From NCBI GenBank assembly GCA_963813025.1, contig CAWEXO010000011.1, positions 544,001-608,000 on the forward strand: DNA of 64,000 nucleotides, written 5' to 3'. Position numbers and translations under genes: made by a program. The notes beneath the pieces are model-generated. The model ran no database searches. It saw only the letters and a list, made by a program, of their open reading frames with translations, and was not told the origin of the DNA. This document shows, in pieces, positions 1 through 10,600 of this stretch (its first letter is position 1; every line of letters begins with the position of its first letter). The stretch comes from an uncultured Verrucomicrobiae bacterium (GTDB lineage: Bacteria > Verrucomicrobiota > Verrucomicrobiia > Chthoniobacterales > JAFAMB01).

Positions 1-553
1 TTTTCTAACGCTGAGCCTCGACCATGTCTAGGAGGCGGCGTTATGCACTCAGCGTAACTGCTGGCGAAAGGCAAGGCGGTCGATGATTTCGCAGTCACGG
101 AATCACCGTGACACGGAAAAGAGAACTGCTTTCCGCGTGAACCGATAACGCCCCTTGCTCCGCGCAGAGCGAGCACGGTCACAGGTGGAGCGCAGCAGGG
201 CGAGCAATACCTTGACGGTGCACAGCGAGCGGTACAATCGAAAGTCGGTTCAAGCTGATCAGCAAAGGATCAATTAAACGCTGATTAGCGCGCATAAAAT
301 TCAGAAACATCGACAGCGGTTGAGCGCGCCCCGATGCGGCTACGCAGTAGCGGCATCATGAGTCCGGGAACCAGCCCGCAAAGTCTCCGGGCGCGCGCAG
401 GCGCACGCGTTGCGGAAGTCCCGGAGTCTTCGCGTTGGCGTGCGCTTTTAGGCCTTTGCGCCTGTGGTTTGTCTACGCGGCATGATTTGTACAAGCGCGC
501 GAGCCGCGTTTAGGACGAGGTTGATTTGTTTGTTCATAAGAGGCTGCGTTCAA

Positions 554-991
554 TCAGAGGTTGTGAGGATTTGCGATGCGCCGTCCGCGAATGCGTGATC
601 TTTCGGATGGCACTGCGGTTTGTTGCGGCGAAGCTGTTTGCTGTCCTGTCGGTGGCGGTTCGGTTACCGCAGCGAAGGCCGCGTTTTGTTCGCCATTTGC
701 ACTGCGGACAGCGTAGCGCGTTCGTCCGGATTGTTTCGCCGAGCGCGGTTTCGTTTTTACGCCATTCGCTTCGGCGAGAAAACGCGCGATCGTGTCGATG
801 CTCACGGCCACATCGACGGTTGCGAGTAGCTCGCGAATCAGCCGCAGAGATGCGCCCTTTTCGCGTAGTTCAACCATGCCTTCTCTCAGCGGCATCAGCT
901 TTGCGTAACGCTTCGGTGGCGGCGGCGTGAATGCGCGAACAGCGTCGCGAAAACACTGCGTGCGCGCTGCGATGTCCGCGAGATCACTCAT
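554..991 (-). CDS. Hypothetical protein with HTH-like N-terminal half; loosely resembles plasmid/ICE mobilization accessory (TraK/StbA-like) proteins
   Basis: ATG-started 145-aa ORF. Helical segment LREKGASLRLIRELLATVDVAVSIDTIARFL is followed by a low-complexity tail. The family call is from recall only. Confidence 0.45.
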   Translation of the reverse strand: MSDLADIAARTQCFRDAVRAFTPPPPKRYAKLMPLREGMVELREKGASLRLIRELLATVDVAVSIDTIARFLAEANGVKTKPRSAKQSGRTRYAVRSANGEQNAAFAAVTEPPPTGQQTASPQQTAVPSERSRIRGRRIANPHNL

Positions 992-1309
992 ACTTATGGC
1001 AGGCGTTCAGCGACAAGTCGGTTTCCGTAGCATGGCTACGGGGTAGGGCGTCCCTCCTTAAAAACTCTGCTTTGCGAGCGTTTCTCAAAGAGGCACCGAG
1101 AGATCGATGAGAAGACGCGTGCGTTTCTCGCATCACATCCGGACAAACAAGCCGGAATTGAGGCTGCGATTTGGCCGGCACATTGCACACAAAGACCGGA
1201 CGCGCAAAACGTCTGACGTGGGTTCAAAGACACGCCCCGCGAATAAAATGGAAGCCACCACCCGTTGGTGTAACTTTTGAGAGACGTAAGCAACAATTAG
1301 CAAACCCAC

Positions 1310-4300
1310 ATGAGGGCGAGTGAGTCCCTTCAGAACGATCAATCGACTGCGACTGAAAACGCACTTCGCCGCGCTGTTGATACGACTCCCGCGTTTATTC
1401 ACACTGCCCGACCCGATGGATACTTGGATTACTTTAATCGGGGATGGTTGGATTTTCTTGGTAAGTCACTCGAAGACGTTTGCGGTTGGCGCTGGACCGA
1501 ATCGGTTCACCCGGAAGATGTAGCTTCATTAGTTCAAAAATGGCGTGCGGCTTTGGCAAGTGGAGAACCGTTCGAAGCCGAAGCGCGCGTTCGGCGCGCG
1601 GACGGAACATATCGGGCGCTTTTACATCGGAAGGAGCCGCTTCATGACGAACAGGGGAACATAGTGAAGTGGTTCGGATCGAGTATCGACATCGAGGACA
1701 GCAAGTGCGCTGAAGAACAGCTTCGGCGAAATGCCCAGGAGCTGCAAAGAAGCGAGTTTTATCTCGCCGAAGGGCAGCGCCTTGCCCATATGGGAAGCTG
1801 GGCCCTCGATGCCGCCGGCTTCGACTACTGGTCTCCTGAATTATTTCGGATTTACGGCCTCGAGCCAACTAGCACAGCGCCTACTGTTGAGGAATACCTG
1901 GATTATGTCCACCCAGATGATCGCGAGTTCATGGCAAACCTGATCAAGCGAATCCTGGTGGAACCTTCGCTGTTCGATGCCACCAAGCGCATCGTGCGCC
2001 CCGATGGTGAGGTTCGGTACATTCGCTGCGTCGGTGCTCCCGTTGTCGAAAACCAAAAGCTAAAGAAGTACATCGGCAGCGCCCTGGACGTTACCGAGCA
2101 CGAGCTTCTGACCCAAGAGCTGCAGCGTCGCGAAGCGTACCTGGCAGAGGCGCAAAGGCTCAGTCACACCGGCAGTTTCGGCTGGGATGTTTCAAGCGGA
2201 GAGATCTACTGGTCTGAAGAAACCTTTCGAATATTTGAACTCGATTCGAAGACGAAGGTAACGATTGAGCTTATCGTTCAACGAACTCATCCGGATGACA
2301 GACAAGCTGTCCAGCAAGTCATCGAGCGTGCTTCAAGTGAACGGAAAGAATTCGCCGTCGAACATCGACTGTTGATGCCTGATGGATCTATTAAGTACCT
2401 CCAGGTCGTCGGTCGCCCTTCGACAGATGAGGGGCGCCGCTCCGAGTTCGTGGGCGCGGTGACTGACATCACGAACCACAGGCGAGCGGAAGAATCCTTG
2501 CGGAAGAGCGAAGCGTATCTGGCAGATGCGCAGAAACTCAGCCAAACGGGAAGCTGGGCATGGAATCCTGAAGCCGGTATCAGGCATTGGTCCGAGGAAT
2601 TTTACCGCGTTCACGGGTACGATCCACGGGATGGTCTGCCCCAATTCGAAGAATTGTTCCAGCGGATTCATCCCGATGACCAACCCAAGGTGAAAGAACT
2701 GAGGGAGAGGATGGCCCGAGAAAAGATAGAGTTCGAATGGGACTACCGAGTCGTGCATCCCGGTGGCGCCGTCAGAGACATTCATTCCATTGGTCATCCT
2801 GTTCTCGGCCCTTCAGGCGACCTCATTGAATTCATGGGGACTGTGATCGACATCACTGAGCGCAAACGCGCGGAAGCGTTGTTCGCCGGTGAAAAGCGTC
2901 TTCTTGAGATGATCGCCACCGGTGTTGCGCTGAACGAAATCCTGAATGCGTTGTGCTTGATCATCGAGGAATACCGTCCCGGCAGGCTTGCTTCGATTTT
3001 GTTGCTTCGCACCGACGGTCTTCATCTCGATTCCGTGGCGGGACCGAGTCTTCCCAAGGCATGGAGAGAGGAAATGGAAAGACTTCCAATTGGTCCGTGT
3101 GCGGGCTCATGCGGGACCGCGGCCTATCGCGGCTCACCCGTGATGGTTTCCGACATTGCCACTGATCCGCTTTGGGAAGTGCCGGAGCATCGCGCGGCAG
3201 CATTGAGTCATGGGCTGCGGGCGTCCTGGTCGAATCCAATATTGTCGTCCGACAGAAAAGTCCTGGGAACGTTCTGCATTTACGGTCGCGAAACGCGAAG
3301 CCCAAGCGCGCAAGACCTCGGACTGATTGAAAAAGCAACGCACCTCGCACGGGTCGCAATTGAACGCGATCGGGCGGAGGCGGCGGTGCGCACCAGCGAG
3401 CAGAAATATCGCGATCTGGTAGATACAACTCCGGCATTTGTTCACACGAATTTACCAAATGGAGACCTCGACTTCGTTAACCGTGGCTGGCTGGAATACC
3501 TCGGTCTCTCTAATACAGATTTGGTCGGCTCGCGATGGACCTCCGCGATCCACCCTGAAGATGTGGAAGATTTGGTTGCCAAGTGGCGCGCCGCGCTTGA
3601 ATCCGGGGAAGGTTACGTGGCCGAGGCGCGCGTGCGGCGGGCTGATGGGGAATATCGCTGGTTCCTTCATCGTGAAGAACCACTGCGCAACGAAGCGGGA
3701 GAGATCGTCAAATGGTACGGCTCGGCTATAGAAATCGAAGAGCGCAAAATTGCGGAAGAAAAAATCCGCGAACAAGAAATAGAGCTTAGACAGATTCTGG
3801 ACCTCGCGCCGCAACACATCAGTGTTTTCGGGCCTGATGGAACCCCACTCTATATCAATCAATTAGCGCTCGAGTATTTCGGCGTCACTATCGACCAATG
3901 GCGAACCGAAGCGGCTCTGCCTCAAGCCAGTTTTTCATGGCTCGGATCTCGACTTGACCTCGTTCACCCCGATGATCGTGAACACTTTCTCAGCGAAAGA
4001 AAGAAAGGCTTTCTCAAGGGGGCGCCCTATGAGTTCGAAGTTCGGTTCCTCAGACACGACGGGAAGTTTCGCTGCTTTCTGTGTCGACTAAATCCCCTTA
4101 AAGATGAACGTGGACACATAACTCGATGGTACGGCACAGGCACGGACATCGAAGATCGCAAGCAAGCGGAGGAAGAAATACGAAGGGAGAACATCGTCCT
4201 GCGTGAAGAACTCGGTAAGAGTTCGATGTTTGAAGAAGTGATCGGCACTTCGTCGGTCTTGCAAATGGTCCTGGCGCGCGCAGCCAAGGTCGCCCCGACA

Positions 4301-5169
4301 GACTCAACCGTTTTGATCATGGGTGAAACAGGCACAGGGAAGGAACTCATCGCCCGCGCCATTCACAAACGGTCAAAGCGCTCCGAGCGCCCGTTCATCA
4401 GTGTGAATTGCGCAGCGGTTCCTTCTTCACTCATCATGTCGGAGTTGTTTGGCCACGAAAAAGGAGCGTTCACTGGAGCGGTTCAGAGGCGGCTCGGTCG
4501 ATTCGAATTGGCTGAAGGCGGCACGATTTTTCTCGATGAAGTAGGAGATCTGCCAATGGAGACGCAAATCGCGCTGCTGCGCGTTCTACAAGAACGCGAG
4601 TTTGAACGCGTAGGTGGCACGGAAGTTTTGCGCGCTGACGTCCGCGTCATCTCGGCGACGAATCGTGATCTGCAGGCGGCTATCGCAGACGGCGCCTTTC
4701 GCAGTGATCTTTACTACCGGCTCAATGTTTTTCCAATCAAACTGCCGCCGTTGCGGGAGCGAAAAGACGATGTTCCACTGCTCGTAAATTATTTTGTCGA
4801 TCGCTATGCGAAGAGAGCGGGAAAGAAGATTAAGCATATTCAAAAGAAAGCTCTCGAAGCGCTTCAAGAGTATTCATGGCCGGGCAACGTGCGCGAATTG
4901 CAAAACGTCATCGAACGTTCACTTATCATCTGCGAGACGAACGAATTTTCGATCGACAAGAGTTGGGTGGCGAACGAACCGCAATCATCCACGGCAGCGA
5001 CCGAGTCGAAATCAAATGAGCGCCAACGTATCGAAGCGGCACTTGCTCAAAGTAACGGAAGGATTTCCGGAGCACACGGTGCCGCGGCCAACTCGGCATA
5101 CCGGCTTCAACCCTCGAATCGAAAATCCGCTCTCTGAGGATTAACAAATTCCAATTCAAGGGAGTTTAG
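1310..5169 (+). CDS. Sigma-54-dependent transcriptional activator (about 6 PAS + GAF + AAA+ + Fis-type HTH; FhlA/NtrC family)
   Basis: Repeated PAS/PAC motifs (HPED/HPDD...DIT/DIE), a GAF segment (GSCGTAAY), Walker A GETGTGKE, GAFTGA and WPGNVRELQN. One missing A at ~5089 shifts the HTH; the corrected end LGIPASTLESKIRSLRINKFQFKGV stops at 5169. Confidence 0.93.
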
Positions 5170-5287
5170 TGCGCTAGTACCTAGCTGATTTCATTTCACG
5201 CTTGCTGACGCAGCTTCCTTCGCGCAATGCCAGAATTTTTCCGCAACCGAACTGAGGCGTCCTTTTCGCCCGACGATGGGTGAACTT

Positions 5288-5530
5288 GGGGACAGGTCCG
5301 AGCCGGAGACGGGTCGAGCCGAAGCGCGCGAACCTCAGACAGGCCCTTAAAGCGCAAACAGGCCGAGGCTGTCCACGTGACAGCCCTTTTGCTCGAGCGA
5401 GGAAAGATCCTGACCGTCAACAAGAACAGCGCCGCCGATCTGGAAACAGGCCCAAGCTATGGCGGGGACAAGCTATGGCGGGGACAGGTCCTTAAATTAA
5501 AAGTGCTGGAAACCCTTTGGGGGACAAATC
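5288..5530 (+). repeat. Left cluster of GGGGACAGGTC short-repeat motifs flanking the Y1 HUH gene
   Basis: GGGGACAGGTCC at 5288 and 5480, GGGGACAA at 5464 and 5520, and a 16-bp tandem duplication AAGCTATGGCGGGGAC. Confidence 0.8.
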
Positions 5531-5796
5531 GTCGAACACGCGGACAAGGCGAGGTCGTTCGCGTGACCGGCTTTTGCTCGAGCAACGAGAGATCCTGACC
5601 GTGGAACAGAACAAACAGACAAACTATTCGAAAAAGCCTCCCTCAATAGACTCGGAGACCGCAATCGCGTTCGAGCGGTGAAGCTTGAGACCAGAGCCTT
5701 GGGCGAACGGTTACGATTCTTAGGCGTCCCGAACTGTGTCGTTAAAGAATTGCCGCCCGAATCACCCAAAAGGGGACTTTTTTTGCGACAGCAATA

Positions 5797-6789
5797 TCAG
5801 CTGGGCGCACGTTGAAAGGCGCGAAGCACCCAGATCTGCTGGTTCTCCGAGCCGTGTAATTGTCGAGGCCGAGGGTCACGGGCTTGCGGAGTGCGCAGAA
5901 GGCTCTTCCAACGAGCGAATTGTTCTTGGACAAAGGCGCGACTTCCAAGAATACCGCCATCGGTAAAATAGCGGATGCGGCACCGCAGCAATTCCGGCAG
6001 CGGAATTTCGCCGTCCAGTTCCTCGATCACGTGCGCCGCAACCCGAGGAGGAATTCTTACCGCATCAGCCTTCGAAGCCGAAGTTCCCGTTTGAAAAAGC
6101 AGCTTCCGATACTCCTTGCCAACCCTCGACCAGGGTGTTTCGGCGCTCAAAAGCAACGCGCGGCTTAAGCCCTGCTTGGCCTGTGGGCAATTTTTGGCCA
6201 CTGCTTCGGCGTATCCGCAATAGCGATAATCCTTCGGGTCTCGGCACAGACCAGCTCGCAACGGGTTCAGATCAATATAGGCCGCCACGGCGCGCAGGGC
6301 GGGTCCTTCTTCGATCAAGGTGCTTTTAAAACGCTCGGCCCACAGCGCGCCATAGCGTTGATGCCGCCGGTTAAACCATTGAGCAAAGCGACTTTTCAAC
6401 TCTTTGAAAAAAACCGATATGTCGAAGAGCTGGCGTGCATAGCGCTCTCTGAGCGTCTGCGCCGCCGGCGGCGCCAATGTTGCCAACTGTTCGGCGACCA
6501 TCGCGCGGTGAATCTCTCCGTAGCCTGCGGCAATGCAGTCCAGCAATTCGGCATTCGACAAGAGCCGCCGTTGGGGGATATAGCACAAAATGTGGAAATG
6601 ATTGGACATCACGGCATAGGTTAAAACCTGTACGCAGCAGGCTTGTTCCAGGCGGCGCATCAGATCGCGGAAATGTTCCGCTTCAGCCGAAACCATCGAG
6701 TGATTGGGAAAGATGGTCAGCCCATCCACGGCGCGCGACATGCAGTGGTAGAAACTATCGCCTGGGAGCTTGATTCGAGGATGCCGCAT
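5797..6789 (-). CDS. HUH Y1 tyrosine transposase/nuclease (REP-associated, RAYT/TnpA-REP-like, long type)
   Basis: YHCMSR N-terminal motif, YAVMSNHFHIL HUH motif, LWAERFKS, and YIDLNPLRAG catalytic-Tyr motif. Confidence 0.9.
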   Translation of the reverse strand: MRHPRIKLPGDSFYHCMSRAVDGLTIFPNHSMVSAEAEHFRDLMRRLEQACCVQVLTYAVMSNHFHILCYIPQRRLLSNAELLDCIAAGYGEIHRAMVAEQLATLAPPAAQTLRERYARQLFDISVFFKELKSRFAQWFNRRHQRYGALWAERFKSTLIEEGPALRAVAAYIDLNPLRAGLCRDPKDYRYCGYAEAVAKNCPQAKQGLSRALLLSAETPWSRVGKEYRKLLFQTGTSASKADAVRIPPRVAAHVIEELDGEIPLPELLRCRIRYFTDGGILGSRAFVQEQFARWKSLLRTPQARDPRPRQLHGSENQQIWVLRAFQRAPS

Positions 6790-7009
6790 TGGTGATAGTA
6801 ATAACGTAAGTTTTATAAGTTATCAATTTCAATTGCGGCGTTCGGGGGCGCGCGATCCGAGTGCCTCATGCTTCCCATCCTGCTTATCTGATCTCGAGGT
6901 CTCAAGCGTACCTATCCCTCGACTTGTCTTCGGCGCGGGTGTTCGAAGCGAGGAGCACCTGCTCCCAGAAAGGTCCCTTTCCTGGTCTCCAAAAAGTTTC
7001 CTTCGAATT

Positions 7010-7278
7010 GACCTGTCCCTCGTTTGCCAGTCCCTCGTTTGCCAAAACGGAAACGTATAATCGACGCGCCCGCCAGAGTGGACGCGCGAGACTGTACGTC
7101 TCGCCAGATCAGCCACCCCAGGTAGTTGGGTTGGCGCTGAGTGCCTTGCCTCTGTCCTGTGCACCGCTTACTTTCTGCCGTCGGCAGCTCGTATTTTTTG
7201 CGTTGAATGGACCTCTCCCCAAAACAGCGCATTTGTACCTGGCCAAAGAGAGGTGGACCTGTCCCCAGAACGGCCCCT
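7010..7278. repeat. Copy A of a ~250-bp non-coding direct repeat bounded by GACCTGTCCC motifs
   Basis: 7037-7278 aligns by eye with 8171-8429 (e.g. aaaacggaaacgtataatcgac vs aaaacggaaatgtataaccgac; agagaggtggacctgtccccagaacggcccc identical). Confidence 0.85.
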
Positions 7279-7474
7279 TGTCACTTAGTTCAGTCGACAG
7301 CCGATCCGTGTATATGAATTCCGGGTTTCTTCAACTAATCGGCGTACTCGAAAGTCAAAGAACTGCCTCCGGTAAGGATTGGGTCTACGCTGAACACGAC
7401 CTACCGTCACCTTCTCGAACTTTCGCTTAGTCCGCTAGTGTTCCTCGATTCCTCAATTTCCCAAGTTAGCGAAG

Positions 7475-8014
7475 CTACAAACGTATCCCAACCGCAGCGT
7501 TCTCTTCGGGAGTGGCGTTCCAGTAATTATATTTTGCGGAGACGCTCTCGTAGCACGAAAGGAAGTGCGCAAGTTCCTCGGCGGTCACTGGTTGAGGTGT
7601 AGCCGCAACCGGTCTCCCGACCTCTTGAAAGAATTGAGCCAGTCTTGTGGTCGTGATGATGAATGCGACCAGAGGCTCGCTGGAAACGTTGCGCCAGGCG
7701 TGCCCTGCGCCACTAAGCACGTGGAGGTGATCGCCCGCTTTTACCACAATCCATTCATAGCCCTGTGTGCCTTGCCTCAGCGCCTTTACCTCGCCGGAAA
7801 TGACAAAGAAGTCCTCCGTGTCAGGGTGACCGTGAAGTGGAACTGAGACGATAGGCGGGATCTCTCCCCTCAGCACGCAGAAATCAATGCTCGCCTCTTG
7901 CGGCGACGTCAGAAACTCCATCGTTGGTCCGAAGAGTCGACGCGCAGGCCGGTTGTGGGATTTACTTCGGTACTCATATGGCTCTATCCTTGGTTTCATG
8001 GTTCTAGTGCTCAT
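7475..8014 (-). CDS. Cupin domain protein (quercetinase-like)
   Basis: PLHGHPDTEDFFVISGE and GDHLHVLSGAGHAWRN cupin motifs. Confidence 0.8.
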   Translation of the reverse strand: MSTRTMKPRIEPYEYRSKSHNRPARRLFGPTMEFLTSPQEASIDFCVLRGEIPPIVSVPLHGHPDTEDFFVISGEVKALRQGTQGYEWIVVKAGDHLHVLSGAGHAWRNVSSEPLVAFIITTTRLAQFFQEVGRPVAATPQPVTAEELAHFLSCYESVSAKYNYWNATPEENAAVGIRL

Positions 8015-8170
8015 CTCAGACAGTATATGTTAACGGGCGGACCGTCAGACAAAGATTAAACGGAACGGCGCTAGCTGCTAAGCCCGACCGTTTTCATGTA
8101 GCTTGGCAAAAGCTCACGGATTAAGCGCTCGGCTCTGTTGACCGTTTCATCATCGAATAAACTGTGCCTT

Positions 8171-8548
8171 GTTTGCAAAACGGAAATGTATAACCGACAC
8201 GCGCGCCGGAGTGGACGAGCGAGACCGTACGTCTCACCAGGTCAGCCGCCTGCAGGTAGTTAGGTTGGCGCTGAATGCCTTTGTCTCTTTTGCACCGCTT
8301 ACCTCTTGCGATCGGCGGCCGGTTTGGTTTGCGCCGAATTGACCTGTCCCCAGCGGCCAATTTTGACCTGTCCCCAGAACGGCCCCTCCCTGACCCAAGA
8401 GAGGTGGACCTGTCCCCAGAACGGCCCCTCCTGTCCCCAGCGGCCAATTTTGACCTGTCCCCAGAACGGCCCCTCCCTGACCCAAGAGAGGTGGACCTGT
8501 CCCCAGAACGGCCCCTCTGTTATGGAATCGCTTAGTAGACCTGTCCCC
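8171..8548. repeat. Copy B of the direct repeat plus an array of (GA)CCTGTCCCC motifs containing a perfect 87-bp tandem duplication
   Basis: 8344-8430 is identical to 8431-8517. Seven CTGTCCCC motifs lie between 8341 and 8548, inverted relative to the left cluster. Confidence 0.9.
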
Positions 8549-8641
8549 TAGCCGGGGCGGCGCCCCATGTTTGCTGTTCGGACAGCAGATCGAGCAGAGC
8601 TTTTTGCATTTTCGATTCTTTGAAGCCTCGGATCCAAGGTC

Positions 8642-10600
8642 TTAATTGGCAAAACGCTGTCGTAAATCGTTGTTTTGGTACGTCTTGATCAGGCGTTCCA
8701 ATTGCGCAATTCTCGATCGGAGGCTTCGGCCACGTTGACTGTCGGCTAACCTTTTAGCTCGGTTCCACTCGCGCACCACGGTAATGCTCGGAATGATATC
8801 TGCACCCTGGAGGATCGCGGCTTCTACTGACTCGAAATGATGGTGGGTCGCGAGAAACGTACGTTGCGGTTCAAGGACAAGCGTAAAACCCCTGTCTCCG
8901 TAGGCTTCCGAGAACGCGCCATCGATTGTTATTGCTTTTCCGCTTTGCTTCAGCGGCGATTCTCCCTTTTCCACTTCCACCGGCACGTGGCCATTGACGA
9001 TCAGACCTTGGCCCGGGTCAACGCCGAACTCAGTGAGGATCTTTTCACAAAACCACGGCTCATGAATCAGGCGAAAATACGGATTCTTCGTTTCGTGGTG
9101 AGCTCGTTTATCTACGATCAAGTCGCGTTCGAGGGCCGCGATGCGATCTTTACCAAAAAGCGGCGATTGCGGACCGCACCATAGGTACCAAAGGAGATCC
9201 AGATCGTGGGGCGATCGCTGGTCTATTAGCCGGTAGATCGCGCTTTCAATCGCTTTGAACATTGCGCTGCCGGACACAGGTTGGCCATCGACGTTCATCG
9301 ACAGAAACTCGCCGCGCTCGTCCACAGGAACGCACCCGTGAAAGATCAGGTGTTCCTCTCGCTGGAGATACATTGCTCCGTGGCTAATCATCCAGCGCAT
9401 CTGGCTCCAGAGTTTCTGGCTCGCCAGAAATGAGCTGCGGATGCGGTCCAGGCAGACTCGTTCATTCTCCGTAAGTCGGTACGCATCCCCTTGACCGATT
9501 GTGGGAAACTTCGTGTCCTCTAGAGAATAAGAGATGCCGTCGATGGAGATCGTTCCCGCCTTACGGTCCATCCGATGCAGCAGACGGCGGTGATCCATCT
9601 TCCATTCTGGGTGGCGCGCAATAAGCTGTCCTTCCAGCTTATACTGCATGATGGCCGCGGCTTTCTGCATGCGAGCCATCATGACTTTTTCGCGCATACC
9701 TGCCCCCCTTATCGCGAAACTTGATGCCGGATCATCGGCGTAATCTTGTCGTGCGAGTTGATCGAGTGCTGCCAGCGGAATTCCATATCCTTCTTCGAGT
9801 TGCAAAAGTCGGCGGTAACGAATCGAGAGCCGCAGTACCTGACAGATGAGCGCGTCTTGTCCAAGACAGGCCCCTAACCAGGCTACATCGTGATTGCCCC
9901 AGACAAAGGAAACGTTCGGCTGTTGCATGAGATAGTCCATTACGCGGTCGCCACGTGGTCCGCGGTCCCAGCAATCTCCGGCGATAACCAGTTCGTCGAT
10001 CGCGAGGTTACGGATGACGCGTCCAGTTAGATGGACCAAGTGCAGGAGCCGGCCCCGGCGAACCAGTTCTTCGACGATTGCGCCGAGATAATCCTTATCA
10101 CGCTCGGTGGACGGCGCATGCAGAATCTCCACCAATAGCTCCCGATATTCCGCGGGAAATACATTCATGGCGCGCTGAAGGCTCCGGCGCGTCGCCAACA
10201 CCCGCACGATGTCGAATAAGTCGTTCAACACCCTCATCGCGTACCCTTTCTGCTCCTGAGCAGTGCGCAATGTTTGCTCCAGACGATTCACCACCTCGGC
10301 TGGATAGAAGATTAGCGTCAGAAACTCCTGGAACTGCTCCGGCGACATGCGCTCCTTCATCAGTCGTTCTACTAGAGGGCGCAGCGTACCGGACGCGTTG
10401 TTGATCACGTGGCGAAGCTTCTTATCGTCTCCGTGGATATCGCTTATGACGTGAATCGTGCCTTTCGGAAGCGTGAGCTCGGCTGAAAGGCGCGCAATCT
10501 CCGCGATCGCGGAATCGATATTCGGAATCTCGCGAGCTAACGGCTCCAATCCCGCCAGTTCGTTATCCTCAAGCGGAGTGTGATCTCTCTTCAGCTCCAT
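8642..10600 (-). CDS. fbp: Fructose-1,6-bisphosphatase class III
   Basis: LTLPKGTIHVISDIHG, GDCWDRGP, WGNHD, HGCVP, NGHVPV and IDGAFSEAY motifs; 652 aa. Confidence 0.88.
   Translation of the reverse strand: MELKRDHTPLEDNELAGLEPLAREIPNIDSAIAEIARLSAELTLPKGTIHVISDIHGDDKKLRHVINNASGTLRPLVERLMKERMSPEQFQEFLTLIFYPAEVVNRLEQTLRTAQEQKGYAMRVLNDLFDIVRVLATRRSLQRAMNVFPAEYRELLVEILHAPSTERDKDYLGAIVEELVRRGRLLHLVHLTGRVIRNLAIDELVIAGDCWDRGPRGDRVMDYLMQQPNVSFVWGNHDVAWLGACLGQDALICQVLRLSIRYRRLLQLEEGYGIPLAALDQLARQDYADDPASSFAIRGAGMREKVMMARMQKAAAIMQYKLEGQLIARHPEWKMDHRRLLHRMDRKAGTISIDGISYSLEDTKFPTIGQGDAYRLTENERVCLDRIRSSFLASQKLWSQMRWMISHGAMYLQREEHLIFHGCVPVDERGEFLSMNVDGQPVSGSAMFKAIESAIYRLIDQRSPHDLDLLWYLWCGPQSPLFGKDRIAALERDLIVDKRAHHETKNPYFRLIHEPWFCEKILTEFGVDPGQGLIVNGHVPVEVEKGESPLKQSGKAITIDGAFSEAYGDRGFTLVLEPQRTFLATHHHFESVEAAILQGADIIPSITVVREWNRAKRLADSQRGRSLRSRIAQLERLIKTYQNNDLRQRFAN

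Noticed and set aside
7024..7061. Sigma-70 promoter inside repeat copy A (TTGCCA...TATAAT)
   Set aside because: Spacers are 11 or 26 nt, and TATAAT is not conserved in copy B.
8341..8548. CRISPR array
   Set aside because: The repeat core is only ~11 bp, the spacers are duplicated rather than unique, spacing is irregular, and there are no cas genes. A RAYT-associated motif array explains it better.
8121..8551. ORFs with repeated peptides (GAVLGTG, DLSPERP, TCPQNGP) and similar ORFs at 6829-7430 and 22175-22559
   Set aside because: They are translations of the DNA repeats, open in several frames on both strands.
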